Positions 39,183 to 48,844 of a stretch of DNA of 64,000 nt are shown here, piece by piece (position 1 is the stretch's first letter; each line of letters opens with the position of its first letter). Source of the stretch: Nitrososphaeria archaeon (GTDB taxonomy: Archaea; Thermoproteota; Nitrososphaeria; Geothermarchaeales; JDFR-13); contig JALWXN010000004.1 of NCBI GenBank assembly GCA_027078545.1, forward strand, positions 640,001 through 704,000, in the 5' to 3' direction. The notes under the pieces are model-generated. The model was not told the DNA's origin. It saw nothing but the letters and a program-made list of their open reading frames with translations, and ran no database searches. The translations under genes and the position numbers were made by a program.

Positions 39183-40997
39183 TTAAACCGGTACCTCCTG
39201 AGGGACACCCTCCTCGCTCCAGCCCCTGAGCCTATAGTATGTCTTAAGCATCGACTCGAACTCCTCTAGGCTAAGGGACTTAGCGCCGCCCCTAAGGGTC
39301 TTGCCCGGCTCCTTGAATAGCCTCTTGGGGAGGTAGTCCTCCTTCGGGCTCATACCGGTAGCGAGGTTGAACCTCCTAATCACGGTGTGGATATCGTTGG
39401 CTATCTCTGTGAGGCTCTCCCTCGTATATCCGTAGCCGGTTAGGCTGTTTAGGATATCCACTGTGAAGTCCCATTCATAGACGAATCTGCCGAAGCGGCA
39501 TAGGATCATGCTGTCGTGGATCGAGAAGAGGTTCTCCACATCGACTAGGAACCTGACCTTCTCAGGGCCTGTATCATCCTTGTTTAGTATCCCCTTCATC
39601 TCGTAGGCATAGCTCGTCGTCCTCAGGTGGTCAGCACCCCTGGTTGAGGTGGCGTATGAGAGGGCCATTCCCTTCAGGCTCCTCGGGTCGTAGGCGGGTG
39701 GGCTTAGGCCCTTCACATGTATGGCGACGTCCTCCAAGCCATACTTCTTGGCCAGGTGCTTCACACCCTCCCCAATGTCGTACCCTATACCCCGCCTCTC
39801 CATTGTGAGCTGGAAGAGGTAGTATACGCTGTCCACGTCGCCGAACCTTACTGGGCGGTCCAGCTTGACCAGTCCCTTCTCATATGCGTAGATGACTAGT
39901 GATATCAGGCTCCCCATCTCTATGGTGTCGACCCCATACCTATCGGCTAGGAGGTTGAGGGCTATCACGGGCTTCATATCGTCCAGCTCGTTAAGGACTC
40001 CGAAGGCGAATATAGTCTCATACTCAGGGCCCTTCGTCACTATCCCCTTGTACTGCCCATCCTCCTCTATAACCGAGATCTTGCCACAGGAGTACATACA
40101 GTTCCAGCAGGCGACGCTCGACTTGTAGAAGTTCTCCCTCAGGGCCTCTGGATCCAGTGCCTCGTAGACACGGGTCTCCACATACTCCCAGTAGCGTGAG
40201 GGTATTGCGGAGTTGGCCTGTGTAGCTGAGAGGGTTATAGGGGTCCCATACTTCCTATAGCTATTCACGCCTGACTTCAAGGGGTCCCCGATAGCCTTCT
40301 CGACAAACTTCTTGGCATTCCTCCTGACAGCCTCCTCGTCATAAACCCTTATGATGGGCCTGCCAGGGTTCCTTAGGACTATGGCCTTCAGGTTCTTACT
40401 ACCCATTACAGCGCCGCCACCTGTCCTGCCGGCCTTGCTCTCCCTCATCCTAGTGCCGTGTCCATGGCTTATGGCGGCGAAGCGTATCAGCCTCTCACCG
40501 GCCGGGCCTATCTCCGCGACCTCGATATCCCTGCCGAGCTCCTCCATCAGCCTCTTCTCCGTCTCCTCCGTGTTGAGGCCCCAGAGATCGGAGGCATCCC
40601 TGATCTCCACGTTCTCCCCGTCGAGGTATAGGTAGACAGGCTTCTCACTCCTACCATGGATGGCTAGACCCACGTATCCGAGCCAACGGAATACAGCTGG
40701 GAAGTTGCCCCCCATGATACTCTCTCCGAAGATCCCCGTGAGGGGGCTCTTGAAGAAGAAGCCTATCTTGGAGGCTAGGGGTAGCCACGTCCCTGTAGCA
40801 GGGCCTGTCGAGACGAACAGGATGTTCTCAGGGGATAGGGGGTCTACCCTGGGGTCTAGGTTCTCAAATAGGTAGTGGGCGGCCAGGCCCTTCCCACCTA
40901 TCCACCTCTTAAGGATCTTCTGGTCCAGCTCCTCCTCAACAATCTTCCCCCTGGTAAGGTCTATCTTAACCAGTTTTCCACCGTAGCCCCTATCCAT
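39183..40997 (-). CDS. aor: Aldehyde:ferredoxin oxidoreductase family (W/Mo-pterin)
   Basis: KSPLTG, IGPAGE, GRTGGGAVMGSKNLKA, CWNC...C, GPEYET and RGADH. ATG 40997 is preferred over 41072. Confidence 0.93.
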   Translation of the reverse strand: MDRGYGGKLVKIDLTRGKIVEEELDQKILKRWIGGKGLAAHYLFENLDPRVDPLSPENILFVSTGPATGTWLPLASKIGFFFKSPLTGIFGESIMGGNFPAVFRWLGYVGLAIHGRSEKPVYLYLDGENVEIRDASDLWGLNTEETEKRLMEELGRDIEVAEIGPAGERLIRFAAISHGHGTRMRESKAGRTGGGAVMGSKNLKAIVLRNPGRPIIRVYDEEAVRRNAKKFVEKAIGDPLKSGVNSYRKYGTPITLSATQANSAIPSRYWEYVETRVYEALDPEALRENFYKSSVACWNCMYSCGKISVIEEDGQYKGIVTKGPEYETIFAFGVLNELDDMKPVIALNLLADRYGVDTIEMGSLISLVIYAYEKGLVKLDRPVRFGDVDSVYYLFQLTMERRGIGYDIGEGVKHLAKKYGLEDVAIHVKGLSPPAYDPRSLKGMALSYATSTRGADHLRTTSYAYEMKGILNKDDTGPEKVRFLVDVENLFSIHDSMILCRFGRFVYEWDFTVDILNSLTGYGYTRESLTEIANDIHTVIRRFNLATGMSPKEDYLPKRLFKEPGKTLRGGAKSLSLEEFESMLKTYYRLRGWSEEGVPQEVPV

Positions 40998-41221
40998 GTA
41001 ACCGTGAATTGATTTGAACCCCGATAAATACCGAGGTTTAAACCCCTCCCGTTGAGGCATGGGCCTACGCATTTACGAGGCGATACACGTATTTTTTGTA
41101 TAGACGTGGCCACCCGATGTAAATACATTTCTCACGCTGTTTGGGGGAGCCGATCCCTAACCTCTTAGGGCTCGGGAATATGGGGCTATCCTCCCAATTC
41201 CATTGATGAGGTGATTATTTA

Positions 41222-43288
41222 ATGGCGGCTAGGAGGAGGGGCGCCGGTAAGGGCGTCTCGAGAAGGGACTTCATAACACTAGCTGGTGGGGCTGCTGTCG
41301 GAGCTGCTATTGGCTATACCGCCTTCAAGCTTACACAGCCAGCGCCTGCTGCTGAGCTACCCTACCAGGAGATCATCCAGGCACGTGGCCTAACCCCGGA
41401 GGATGTAGAGGCTGCGCTGAAGACCTACCTTCCTGGTGGGAGACAGGACGAGTTTATATTGTTTGCCAGCGGTGGACATTCGGGACAGGTGCTGGTCTTC
41501 GGAATACCCAGTATGAAGCTCTACAGAGTGATAGGTGTATTCACTCCAGAGCCTTGGCAGGGATATGGATACGGCGCAAAGGAGACTATGGAGGTTCTTA
41601 GGGGTGGCAACAATGGTGTGAGGGAGCTTACATGGGGCGATGTACACCACCCAGAGGTCAGCAGGACGAACGGCGAGTTCGATGGCGAGTGGCTATTCGT
41701 CAACGACAAGGCTAATGGGAGAGTAGCGGTGATAAGCCTGAAGGACTTCGAGACGAAGCAGATCGTGAAGATACCTAATATGCAGAGCCAGCATGGAGGT
41801 GCATTCGTTACTCCGAATACGGAGTACGTCGTCGTCGGTTCACAGTATCCGACTCCTTGGGATCCTGACAAGGGATATATTCCTGGGGAGACTTATGTAG
41901 AGCTGGATCCAAAGGATCCCGACACGCTAAAGAACAACTTCAGAGGGCTAATAGCATTTCTCAAGTTTGACAGAGAGCGTGGAAGGATCGATCTTAGCAG
42001 GAGCTTCGAGATTGAGCTTCCACCATATTCACAGGATCTAGTTGTGGTTGGCTGGGGGGCCTCAGATGGAATGGCTTTTATCAACAGCTTCAACACTGAG
42101 ATGGCGGTGGGTGATGTTCTTAATGGGGTTCCAGCATTGGAGGTAGGATCAGCAGAGTATGACTACGACTTCCTCCACATTGTATTCTGGAAGAAGGCTG
42201 AGCAGCTTATTCAGCAGGGAAGATATAGAGAGCTAAATGGAGTCAAGGTTATTAGTCTGGAGGATGCAGTGAGGGAAGGGATTCTCTACTTCGCCCCAGA
42301 GCCTAAGAGCCCACACGGTGTTGACATTGCTCCCAGAGGAGATTATATAGTTGTCAGTGGTAAGCTGGAGCCATCAGCCACGATTTATAGTGCTGATGCG
42401 ATAAAGAACGCTGTACAGGCTGGAGACTTCGAGGGTAGGGACGACTTCGGAGTGCCCATCCTGAAGTTTGACAAGGTTAAGGTGGCCCAGGTTGAGCTCG
42501 GCCTAGGGCCGCTGCACACAGAGTTCGACGACAAGGGCTATGCATATACTAGCCTCTTCATAGATAATGCGATAGCCAAGTGGACACTAGGCCCGCCATA
42601 CTTCGAGGGCGACGAGGCATGGAAGGTTGTGGACAAGGTGACTATACACTACAACATCGGCCACCTAGCGGCGCCTGAGAGTAACAGCCCATCCCCTAAG
42701 GGTAAGTACGTCGTGGCCCTCAACAAGTGGAGCATAGACAGGTTCCCAGTCCTAGGCCCATTGAAGCCGCAGAACTTCCAGCTTATAGACATAACTGGGG
42801 AGAAAATGAAGGTTCTCCTAGACTTCCCGATAGGCATCGGTGAGCCGCACTACGCCAAGATCATCGATATAAACAAGATCAAGGCACTAGAGGTCTATCC
42901 TCCTGGAACTGATCCACTGACATTTGAGCCGCATCCACACGCCATACAGCCTGGTGAGGAGAGGATTGAGAGGACCACGATTGATGGTAGGCCAGCTACA
43001 GTAGTCTACGGCACCTTGATCAGGAGTACAGTAACACCAGACTTTATCAGGGTTCGGCAGGGAGACTTGGTGAGAATGTATCTAACCAATGTCGAGACTA
43101 CGCCAGACGCTACCCACGGATTCTCGATATGTGAGTATAACATCAACGCTAGTATAGAGCCGGGCGAGACGGTGACGATAGAGTTCGTAGCTGATAAGCC
43201 AGGTGTTTATGCCTTCTACTGTACAGAGTTCTGTTCACCGCTCCACCTAGAGATGGCTGGCTGGCTAGTCATCGAGCCCAGGGGGTAG
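41222..43288 (+). CDS. nosZ: Nitrous-oxide reductase, clade II-type, with twin-arginine signal
   Basis: SRRDFI Tat motif; SGGHSG; CuZ His motifs DVHH, QHG, SPHG, PLH, IGH, EPH; CuA HGF...CTEFCSPLHLEM; GAGGTGA SD. Confidence 0.97.
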   Translation: MAARRRGAGKGVSRRDFITLAGGAAVGAAIGYTAFKLTQPAPAAELPYQEIIQARGLTPEDVEAALKTYLPGGRQDEFILFASGGHSGQVLVFGIPSMKLYRVIGVFTPEPWQGYGYGAKETMEVLRGGNNGVRELTWGDVHHPEVSRTNGEFDGEWLFVNDKANGRVAVISLKDFETKQIVKIPNMQSQHGGAFVTPNTEYVVVGSQYPTPWDPDKGYIPGETYVELDPKDPDTLKNNFRGLIAFLKFDRERGRIDLSRSFEIELPPYSQDLVVVGWGASDGMAFINSFNTEMAVGDVLNGVPALEVGSAEYDYDFLHIVFWKKAEQLIQQGRYRELNGVKVISLEDAVREGILYFAPEPKSPHGVDIAPRGDYIVVSGKLEPSATIYSADAIKNAVQAGDFEGRDDFGVPILKFDKVKVAQVELGLGPLHTEFDDKGYAYTSLFIDNAIAKWTLGPPYFEGDEAWKVVDKVTIHYNIGHLAAPESNSPSPKGKYVVALNKWSIDRFPVLGPLKPQNFQLIDITGEKMKVLLDFPIGIGEPHYAKIIDINKIKALEVYPPGTDPLTFEPHPHAIQPGEERIERTTIDGRPATVVYGTLIRSTVTPDFIRVRQGDLVRMYLTNVETTPDATHGFSICEYNINASIEPGETVTIEFVADKPGVYAFYCTEFCSPLHLEMAGWLVIEPRG

Positions 43289-43291
43289 AGG

Positions 43292-43798
43292 ATGAAGAAG
43301 TACCTTATCCCAATCCTTTTTATATTTGCCCTTATAGTCATTGGTCTAAACCTCTCCAACCTGTTTATGCGTGGGGAGTCGATCCCCAAGATATATCTGG
43401 ATCAGGACAGATGTGCCCAGTGTGGGATGGTGATTAGCAGGGCGGAGTACGCCGCCCTGGCATACAGGGTAGATACTGGGGAATGGGTGAAGTTCGACGA
43501 TATCGGATGCCTGCTTAAATATATGATCGAGAATGGTGGGACCTCCAACTTTCGCGACATATATGTGGCTGACTACAACACTGGTGAGTTGATAGGGGCT
43601 GTGGACGCATTCTTTGTCAGGGCCTCCGCCGAGGATGTATCCACCCCTATGTCAAGCGGAATAGTGGCGTTCAAATCCCTGGGTGATGCGGAGGCCTTCT
43701 CCAACAGGTATGGAGGCACGGTATACACCTTCCAGGAGCTATACTCCTGGGCCGCCTCCAACCCGGGCGTGATTTATCAGAAGGAGATGTCGATGTGA
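43292..43798 (+). CDS. nosL: NosL copper chaperone
   Basis: CAQCGMVI, FDDIGC and TPMSSG; N-terminal hydrophobic anchor. Confidence 0.9.
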   Translation: MKKYLIPILFIFALIVIGLNLSNLFMRGESIPKIYLDQDRCAQCGMVISRAEYAALAYRVDTGEWVKFDDIGCLLKYMIENGGTSNFRDIYVADYNTGELIGAVDAFFVRASAEDVSTPMSSGIVAFKSLGDAEAFSNRYGGTVYTFQELYSWAASNPGVIYQKEMSM

Positions 43799-43799
43799 G

Positions 43800-44360
43800 G
43801 TGGTCATATTGGATAGGATGATGATCCTCAAGATCGTGCTGGTCGTGGCGCCACTCATAGCTATAGCCCTCCCGCTTTGGAGCCTACGTGTACACCCAGC
43901 TTTCATGGGTCAGAAGTGGCTGGACATCGATGTATGGGGATATGGGGCTGTAACAGGACCTTTAGATAGTCTAAACATTGCAAACCACTATGTAGGGCTT
44001 AAAGAGATCAGGCCTGAGGAGATGTTCGAGCTGAAGTTGCTACCCCTTCTATATCCCTTGATGGCGGTAGTGAACGGGCTTATACTCTTCGGGGATGAGG
44101 CGAAGTATAGGGTTGGGAAGTGGCTCGGCCTAGCCACATTGATAGGTGTGGTTGCCTATTTCCAGTGGTGGCTATACAGATACGGACATGATATAGACCC
44201 TAAATTAGCTAGGATTGAGATAGACCCCTTCACACCGTATGTAACGGGCTACTACAAGATAGCCAACTTCGAGATCATAGCCTTCTTCAACATTGGCTAC
44301 ATCATCCTGCTCGTGAGCTACATCCTATCCCTCTACCTCAGGAGGAGGGAGTATGGGTGA
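43800..44360 (+). CDS. nosB: NosB-like membrane protein of clade II nos clusters
   Basis: PLW...LNIANHYVGLKEI...E...WLYRYGH.IDP...PF.P...ANF pattern; ~4 TM helices. Confidence 0.8.
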   Translation: MVILDRMMILKIVLVVAPLIAIALPLWSLRVHPAFMGQKWLDIDVWGYGAVTGPLDSLNIANHYVGLKEIRPEEMFELKLLPLLYPLMAVVNGLILFGDEAKYRVGKWLGLATLIGVVAYFQWWLYRYGHDIDPKLARIEIDPFTPYVTGYYKIANFEIIAFFNIGYIILLVSYILSLYLRRREYG

Positions 44361-45781
44361 TGACCAACATCCAGAGAACCCTCTCCATCCCAATACTCCT
44401 TTTTATCGCCCTTATCCTTGCTCAGCCCGTAGACGGGTTGGTGGGTAACTCCTCCATATACGATGATCTCGGGAATAGATACTCCTCCCTCGGGGAGGCT
44501 GTGAGGGAGGCATCCCCAGGCTCAACAATATATGTCGAGGGTGGTATCCATAGAGGCGGTATAGTCATCGATAAACCCCTAAGCTTAGTAGGTATAGACA
44601 GGCCAGTTCTCGACGGTGAGTATAGTGGTAGCGTTGTCACTATAGAGAACACTGAAAATGTCTCGATAACAGGCTTCAGGATTGAGAGGAGTGGACGGGT
44701 ATACTCCACCGAGGACTCCGGGGTAAAGATCATCAACTCCACAAGAGTATTTATACGGTACAATGTGTTCGACGACGTCTTCTTCGGGATACTGGTCAAG
44801 GATAGTAGGGGTGTCGAGATAGTAGGGAATAATATTACTGGGATTGATGAGTACTATCTCTCCGACAGGATGCATGGTATCTACAACTGGTACTCCTACA
44901 ACATATCGATTATAAACAATACCTTCCGCTATGTGAAGGACGGGGTCTATAACGACCATAACTATGACACGGTCATTGCTAACAACACATTCCGCTACGG
45001 CCGCTACGGTGTACACCTGATGTATAGCGATAGGTTCGTGATAGAGCGGAATGATATCTCTGGCTTCATAGCAGGGATGGCCCTGATGTATAGTGAGAAT
45101 TTGACGATACGATATAACAAGATACATGGGAATAGGGTAGGTGGCATTGGTGAGGGCCTATTCATACCTGAGACCGACAACATATTGATCGAGCATAACT
45201 GGATAGTCGGGAATGTGGTGGGGATCAATATTAGGTATACTCCATATACGCCCGGCAAATACTCTATTATACGGTTCAACGTGATAGCCTACAACTATGT
45301 GGGGCTCCATGTAGATACTGATAGCGAGGCGGAGGTCTATGGGAACGACTTCATAGAGAATGTCCAGGAGATTAGGTATATCGGCTATACCAAGAGCAGG
45401 ATAAAGTGGTATAGCGAGGAGCTAAGGATAGGTAACTACTGGTCCGGGGTCAAGGCCTTCGACTCCGATGGAGACGGCCTTGTCGATGTGCCCTATACCC
45501 TGGTCGACCCGCTATACCGTTTTATAAGGGAGCACCGTGAGCTGAGCGTATACTACCTCAGCCCTGTCTACGAGGTCCTCGATATCGTGTTTAAATACTC
45601 GTATGAGAGCCCCCTCCAGGGCCTGATAGAGGATCCATACCCGTTGAGGGAGCCATACAATATTGATAGGCTAGACCTAACCATTTACATTGAGAACCTT
45701 CCATATACACTTGTGTTGACCCTGATACCCATGTATATCGTCTATAGAGGTGTATACCGTGCTAGAGGTAAGAGGGGTTAA
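44357..45781 (+). CDS. nosD: NosD maturation protein (beta-helix)
   Basis: Beta-helix repeats, RYGVHLMYS, GNYWS and DSDGDG..D.PY; C-terminal TM helix. Confidence 0.92.
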   Translation: MMTNIQRTLSIPILLFIALILAQPVDGLVGNSSIYDDLGNRYSSLGEAVREASPGSTIYVEGGIHRGGIVIDKPLSLVGIDRPVLDGEYSGSVVTIENTENVSITGFRIERSGRVYSTEDSGVKIINSTRVFIRYNVFDDVFFGILVKDSRGVEIVGNNITGIDEYYLSDRMHGIYNWYSYNISIINNTFRYVKDGVYNDHNYDTVIANNTFRYGRYGVHLMYSDRFVIERNDISGFIAGMALMYSENLTIRYNKIHGNRVGGIGEGLFIPETDNILIEHNWIVGNVVGINIRYTPYTPGKYSIIRFNVIAYNYVGLHVDTDSEAEVYGNDFIENVQEIRYIGYTKSRIKWYSEELRIGNYWSGVKAFDSDGDGLVDVPYTLVDPLYRFIREHRELSVYYLSPVYEVLDIVFKYSYESPLQGLIEDPYPLREPYNIDRLDLTIYIENLPYTLVLTLIPMYIVYRGVYRARGKRG

Positions 45782-46634
45782 CAAGTTTTTCGGGGATTAC
45801 CAGGTGTTGAAGGATATATCCTTCAGCCTCGGCCCTGGGGAGGCTGCTGTCCTCCTCGGGCGTAACGGGGCTGGGAAGACCACCCTCCTGAGATGTATAG
45901 CGGGTATCCTACGGTATGAGGGGGAGGTCCTTGTCGAGGGTATAGACATGGCTAGGGAGCCTATAGAGGCTAAGAAGAGGATCGGCTACCTCCCCCAGGT
46001 CCCCCCTGTCAGGAGCGACGTCACAGGGTATGAGCTCTTCAACATGTATACCGAGCTACACGGGATAGACCTCGACGCCGATGAATGGTTTGAGAGGTTC
46101 GCCCTCCACGACGCGATGGATTTATATATCGACGAGTATAGCGGGGGTATGAGGCAGAGGCTCTTCCTAATGATGACGATAGCCCACGACCCCAGCCTGG
46201 TTCTCATGGACGAGCCTATGAACAACCTGGACAGCCTGGGTAAGAAGCTCCTAATCGACATAATCAACGAGATGAAGGGGCGTGGCAAGAGCTTCCTAAT
46301 AAGTGTCCACAGGGTCTCAGACTTCATAGCATATGCCGATGAGATCCTCGTGGTGGATGATGGGAGGCTCCTCTTCAAGGGCCCGGTCACCCGCCTATTC
46401 GAGGGCCTAGGGATATCCCGTATATTCATCTACGCCCCGGACGGGCTTGAGAGGAGGATGGTTGAGGAGGTAGGTGGGGAGAGGATAGGAGAGAATAGAG
46501 TAGTTGTCGAGGCGGAGAATATCCATGAGACCGTTATCCGCCTCGTCGAGATGGGCGTGAGGAGCTTCTTCATCGAGGAGCCAGGTATCGACGTGATTAT
46601 CAGGAGGCTGAGGAGGGATGAGGACGGTCTATAG
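45750..46634 (+). CDS. nosF: NosF ABC ATPase
   Basis: GRNGAGKTT, YSGGMRQR and MDEP; located in the nos operon. Start may be GTG 45759. Confidence 0.85.
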   Translation: MYTVLEVRGVNKFFGDYQVLKDISFSLGPGEAAVLLGRNGAGKTTLLRCIAGILRYEGEVLVEGIDMAREPIEAKKRIGYLPQVPPVRSDVTGYELFNMYTELHGIDLDADEWFERFALHDAMDLYIDEYSGGMRQRLFLMMTIAHDPSLVLMDEPMNNLDSLGKKLLIDIINEMKGRGKSFLISVHRVSDFIAYADEILVVDDGRLLFKGPVTRLFEGLGISRIFIYAPDGLERRMVEEVGGERIGENRVVVEAENIHETVIRLVEMGVRSFFIEEPGIDVIIRRLRRDEDGL

Positions 46635-47442
46635 CCTGGCCCGTGAAGAGTTTCTGAGCGGGCTTAGGAATAGATGGATACTTGTATACTCACTCTCATA
46701 CCTACTCCTGGCGATAGCCATATCACCCTTCTCCCTGGCAGGGCTCAACATCCTGGGTATGAAGGCGGTTGGCAAGGTCCTATCCGCATTGATAAATATA
46801 TCGCTATACCTAGTCCCCCTAATATCCCTGATAACCTCGACGGTCGCTATAGTGGGGGATAGGGAGACGAGATATCTTGAGTGGCTAATGTCCAACCCAG
46901 TCTCCGAGAGGGCCTACCTACTCGGCAAGTTTATAGGTCTCTTCCTATCGATAACTGTGGCCACCCTCCTAGGCTTCGGGGTTGCAAGCTGGTTCGTCAT
47001 CCTATTCCTACCGCCGGAGGACGTGTCTAAATACTTCCTCCTAATCTCTGTCGCCCTACTACTATCAGCGGTATACGTGGCTATGGGGCTACTGATAAGC
47101 GTCCTGAGCAGGACACGCTACCACGCACTGGGCACAGGCTTCCTCATATGGTTCTTCACAGTCTTCGTCTTCGACCTATTCGTGATGAGCTTCCTACTAA
47201 GCCTCCTAAACGACCCACTACTCGCCTCCATAGCCGCTACACTCAACCCGATACAGGGTATAAGGCTCAACATGATCTCCGTCATAGATCCCGAGATGAC
47301 CTTCCTAGGCTTCACAGGGATAGGTGAGCTGAGGGAGAATGTATGGCTCGTACTAGGGACTTCGCAGGCGGTGGTGATCGGCTACACAATCCTATTCGCA
47401 GGATTGGCATATCTACAGCTGAGGAGGCAGGACGTGATATAG
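46618..47442 (+). CDS. nosY: NosY ABC permease
   Basis: RNRW, YLVPLISL, GKFIG, FDL and LNPI; ~6 TM helices. Confidence 0.88.
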   Translation: MRTVYSLAREEFLSGLRNRWILVYSLSYLLLAIAISPFSLAGLNILGMKAVGKVLSALINISLYLVPLISLITSTVAIVGDRETRYLEWLMSNPVSERAYLLGKFIGLFLSITVATLLGFGVASWFVILFLPPEDVSKYFLLISVALLLSAVYVAMGLLISVLSRTRYHALGTGFLIWFFTVFVFDLFVMSFLLSLLNDPLLASIAATLNPIQGIRLNMISVIDPEMTFLGFTGIGELRENVWLVLGTSQAVVIGYTILFAGLAYLQLRRQDVI

Positions 47443-47482
47443 CCCCCATCCTATAAGGGCTTGAACGATATATGGGCTTTGT

Positions 47483-48844
47483 ATGGATGGTCAGCTAGGG
47501 AGGCTTCTCCACCCAAGGAGCGTAGCGGTTATAGGTGCGAGTAGTAAGCCGGGTAAGATCGGGAATGAGATACTGAGGCTCCTCGTATCCAATGGCTATA
47601 GGGGCAGGATATACCCAGTTAACCCGAGGGGTGGGGAGGCCTATGGAATAAGGTTCTACACATCGATCGACGAGCTGCCAGGAGATATAGACCTCGCATT
47701 GATAGCCCTCCCCGGTGAGCAGGCCGTGGATAGTCTAGAGGCGATGGCTACACGTGGCCTCGGAGCAGCGGTGATATATGCCTCTGGCTTCGCTGAGCAG
47801 GGGAGGGCTGAGCTAGAGGGGAGGATTCGGAGGATAGTGGAGAGGTATGGAACCAGGGTTGTAGGCCCAAACTGTGCAGGCTTCATAAACTGGGCCGCCA
47901 ACCTATATGCAGGCTTCGTGCCGGATGTAAAGCCTGGGGAGATGGCCCTGATAAGCCAGAGCGGGGCCTTCTCAGCGGCTGTGAACCACTACCTAGGTGT
48001 GAAGGGCCTCGGCCTGGGGCTCCTCATAACCCTTGGGAACAAGGCGGACGTCGCGGAGTGGGAGCTGATAAGGCATCTCGGGGATCAGCATCCAGTCTAC
48101 ATGCTCTATATGGAGGGGCTAAGGGAGGGTGAGGGTAGGAGGCTGGCCCTAGCCATCAAGGGTAGTGGGAGGCCAGTGGTCATACTCAAGACCGGGTGGA
48201 CAGAGGCGTCTCAACGGGCCCTGGCAAGCCACACAGCCTCCCTTGCAGGGGACTACCGCCTCTTCAGAACGATTATGCGTGGGGCTGGTGCATACCTGGT
48301 TGGCGACTATGTCTCCCTGGTCGATGTTGCGGAGGCGGTGTATAGGCTCAAGCCCCCCAGGGGTGGTGGGATAGGGATAGTTACGAATGGCGGCGGCCCA
48401 GCGGCTGTCCTCATGGATCATCTGGGGAGGCTTGGACACAGCCCCGGCCCAACGCCTAGGGAGGTCGTGGATAAGCTGGGCTTCCTTAGGCCACATATGC
48501 AGAGGGGGAACCCCATAGACTTGACGGCCGATGGTGGGTCTGACTACTACTACCACACTGTCAAGACTCTGATGGAGAGTAGCTGGCCCGGTGTACTGGC
48601 CGTCCTCCACGTCCCGCCGAGCTTCGTAGACCCTGTGGAGGTGGCTAGGGCCGTCGGCGAGGCATATAGAGACGGTGGTGAGTCTAAGCCCCTGATCCCC
48701 CTCTTCCTAGGCCCCCGCTACGTGGAGGCGTGGAGAGTACTGGATAGGTATGGCCTCCCGAGGATGCTTACATATTCATCGGCGGCGGAGGCGATAGACT
48801 ATCTACTGGCTAGGGGTTTGAGGGGCGGTCCCCCCTCTCGATAG
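47483..48844 (+). CDS. ADP-forming acyl-CoA synthetase alpha subunit (second copy)
   Basis: PRSVAVIGAS, GPNC, SQSG, GNKAD, phospho-His SHTASLAG and NPIDL. Confidence 0.9.
   Translation: MDGQLGRLLHPRSVAVIGASSKPGKIGNEILRLLVSNGYRGRIYPVNPRGGEAYGIRFYTSIDELPGDIDLALIALPGEQAVDSLEAMATRGLGAAVIYASGFAEQGRAELEGRIRRIVERYGTRVVGPNCAGFINWAANLYAGFVPDVKPGEMALISQSGAFSAAVNHYLGVKGLGLGLLITLGNKADVAEWELIRHLGDQHPVYMLYMEGLREGEGRRLALAIKGSGRPVVILKTGWTEASQRALASHTASLAGDYRLFRTIMRGAGAYLVGDYVSLVDVAEAVYRLKPPRGGGIGIVTNGGGPAAVLMDHLGRLGHSPGPTPREVVDKLGFLRPHMQRGNPIDLTADGGSDYYYHTVKTLMESSWPGVLAVLHVPPSFVDPVEVARAVGEAYRDGGESKPLIPLFLGPRYVEAWRVLDRYGLPRMLTYSSAAEAIDYLLARGLRGGPPSR

Noticed and set aside
40998-41072. N-terminal extensions given by the ORF track for aor (also ABC ATPase 51866-52003 and nnr 61926-61991)
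   Set aside because: They run through AT-rich promoter DNA and have no family-like residues; downstream ATGs fit the family N-termini.
43669-43678. GTTCAAATCC, resembling a tRNA T-loop
   Set aside because: It lies inside nosL coding sequence with no T-stem, acceptor stem or cloverleaf.
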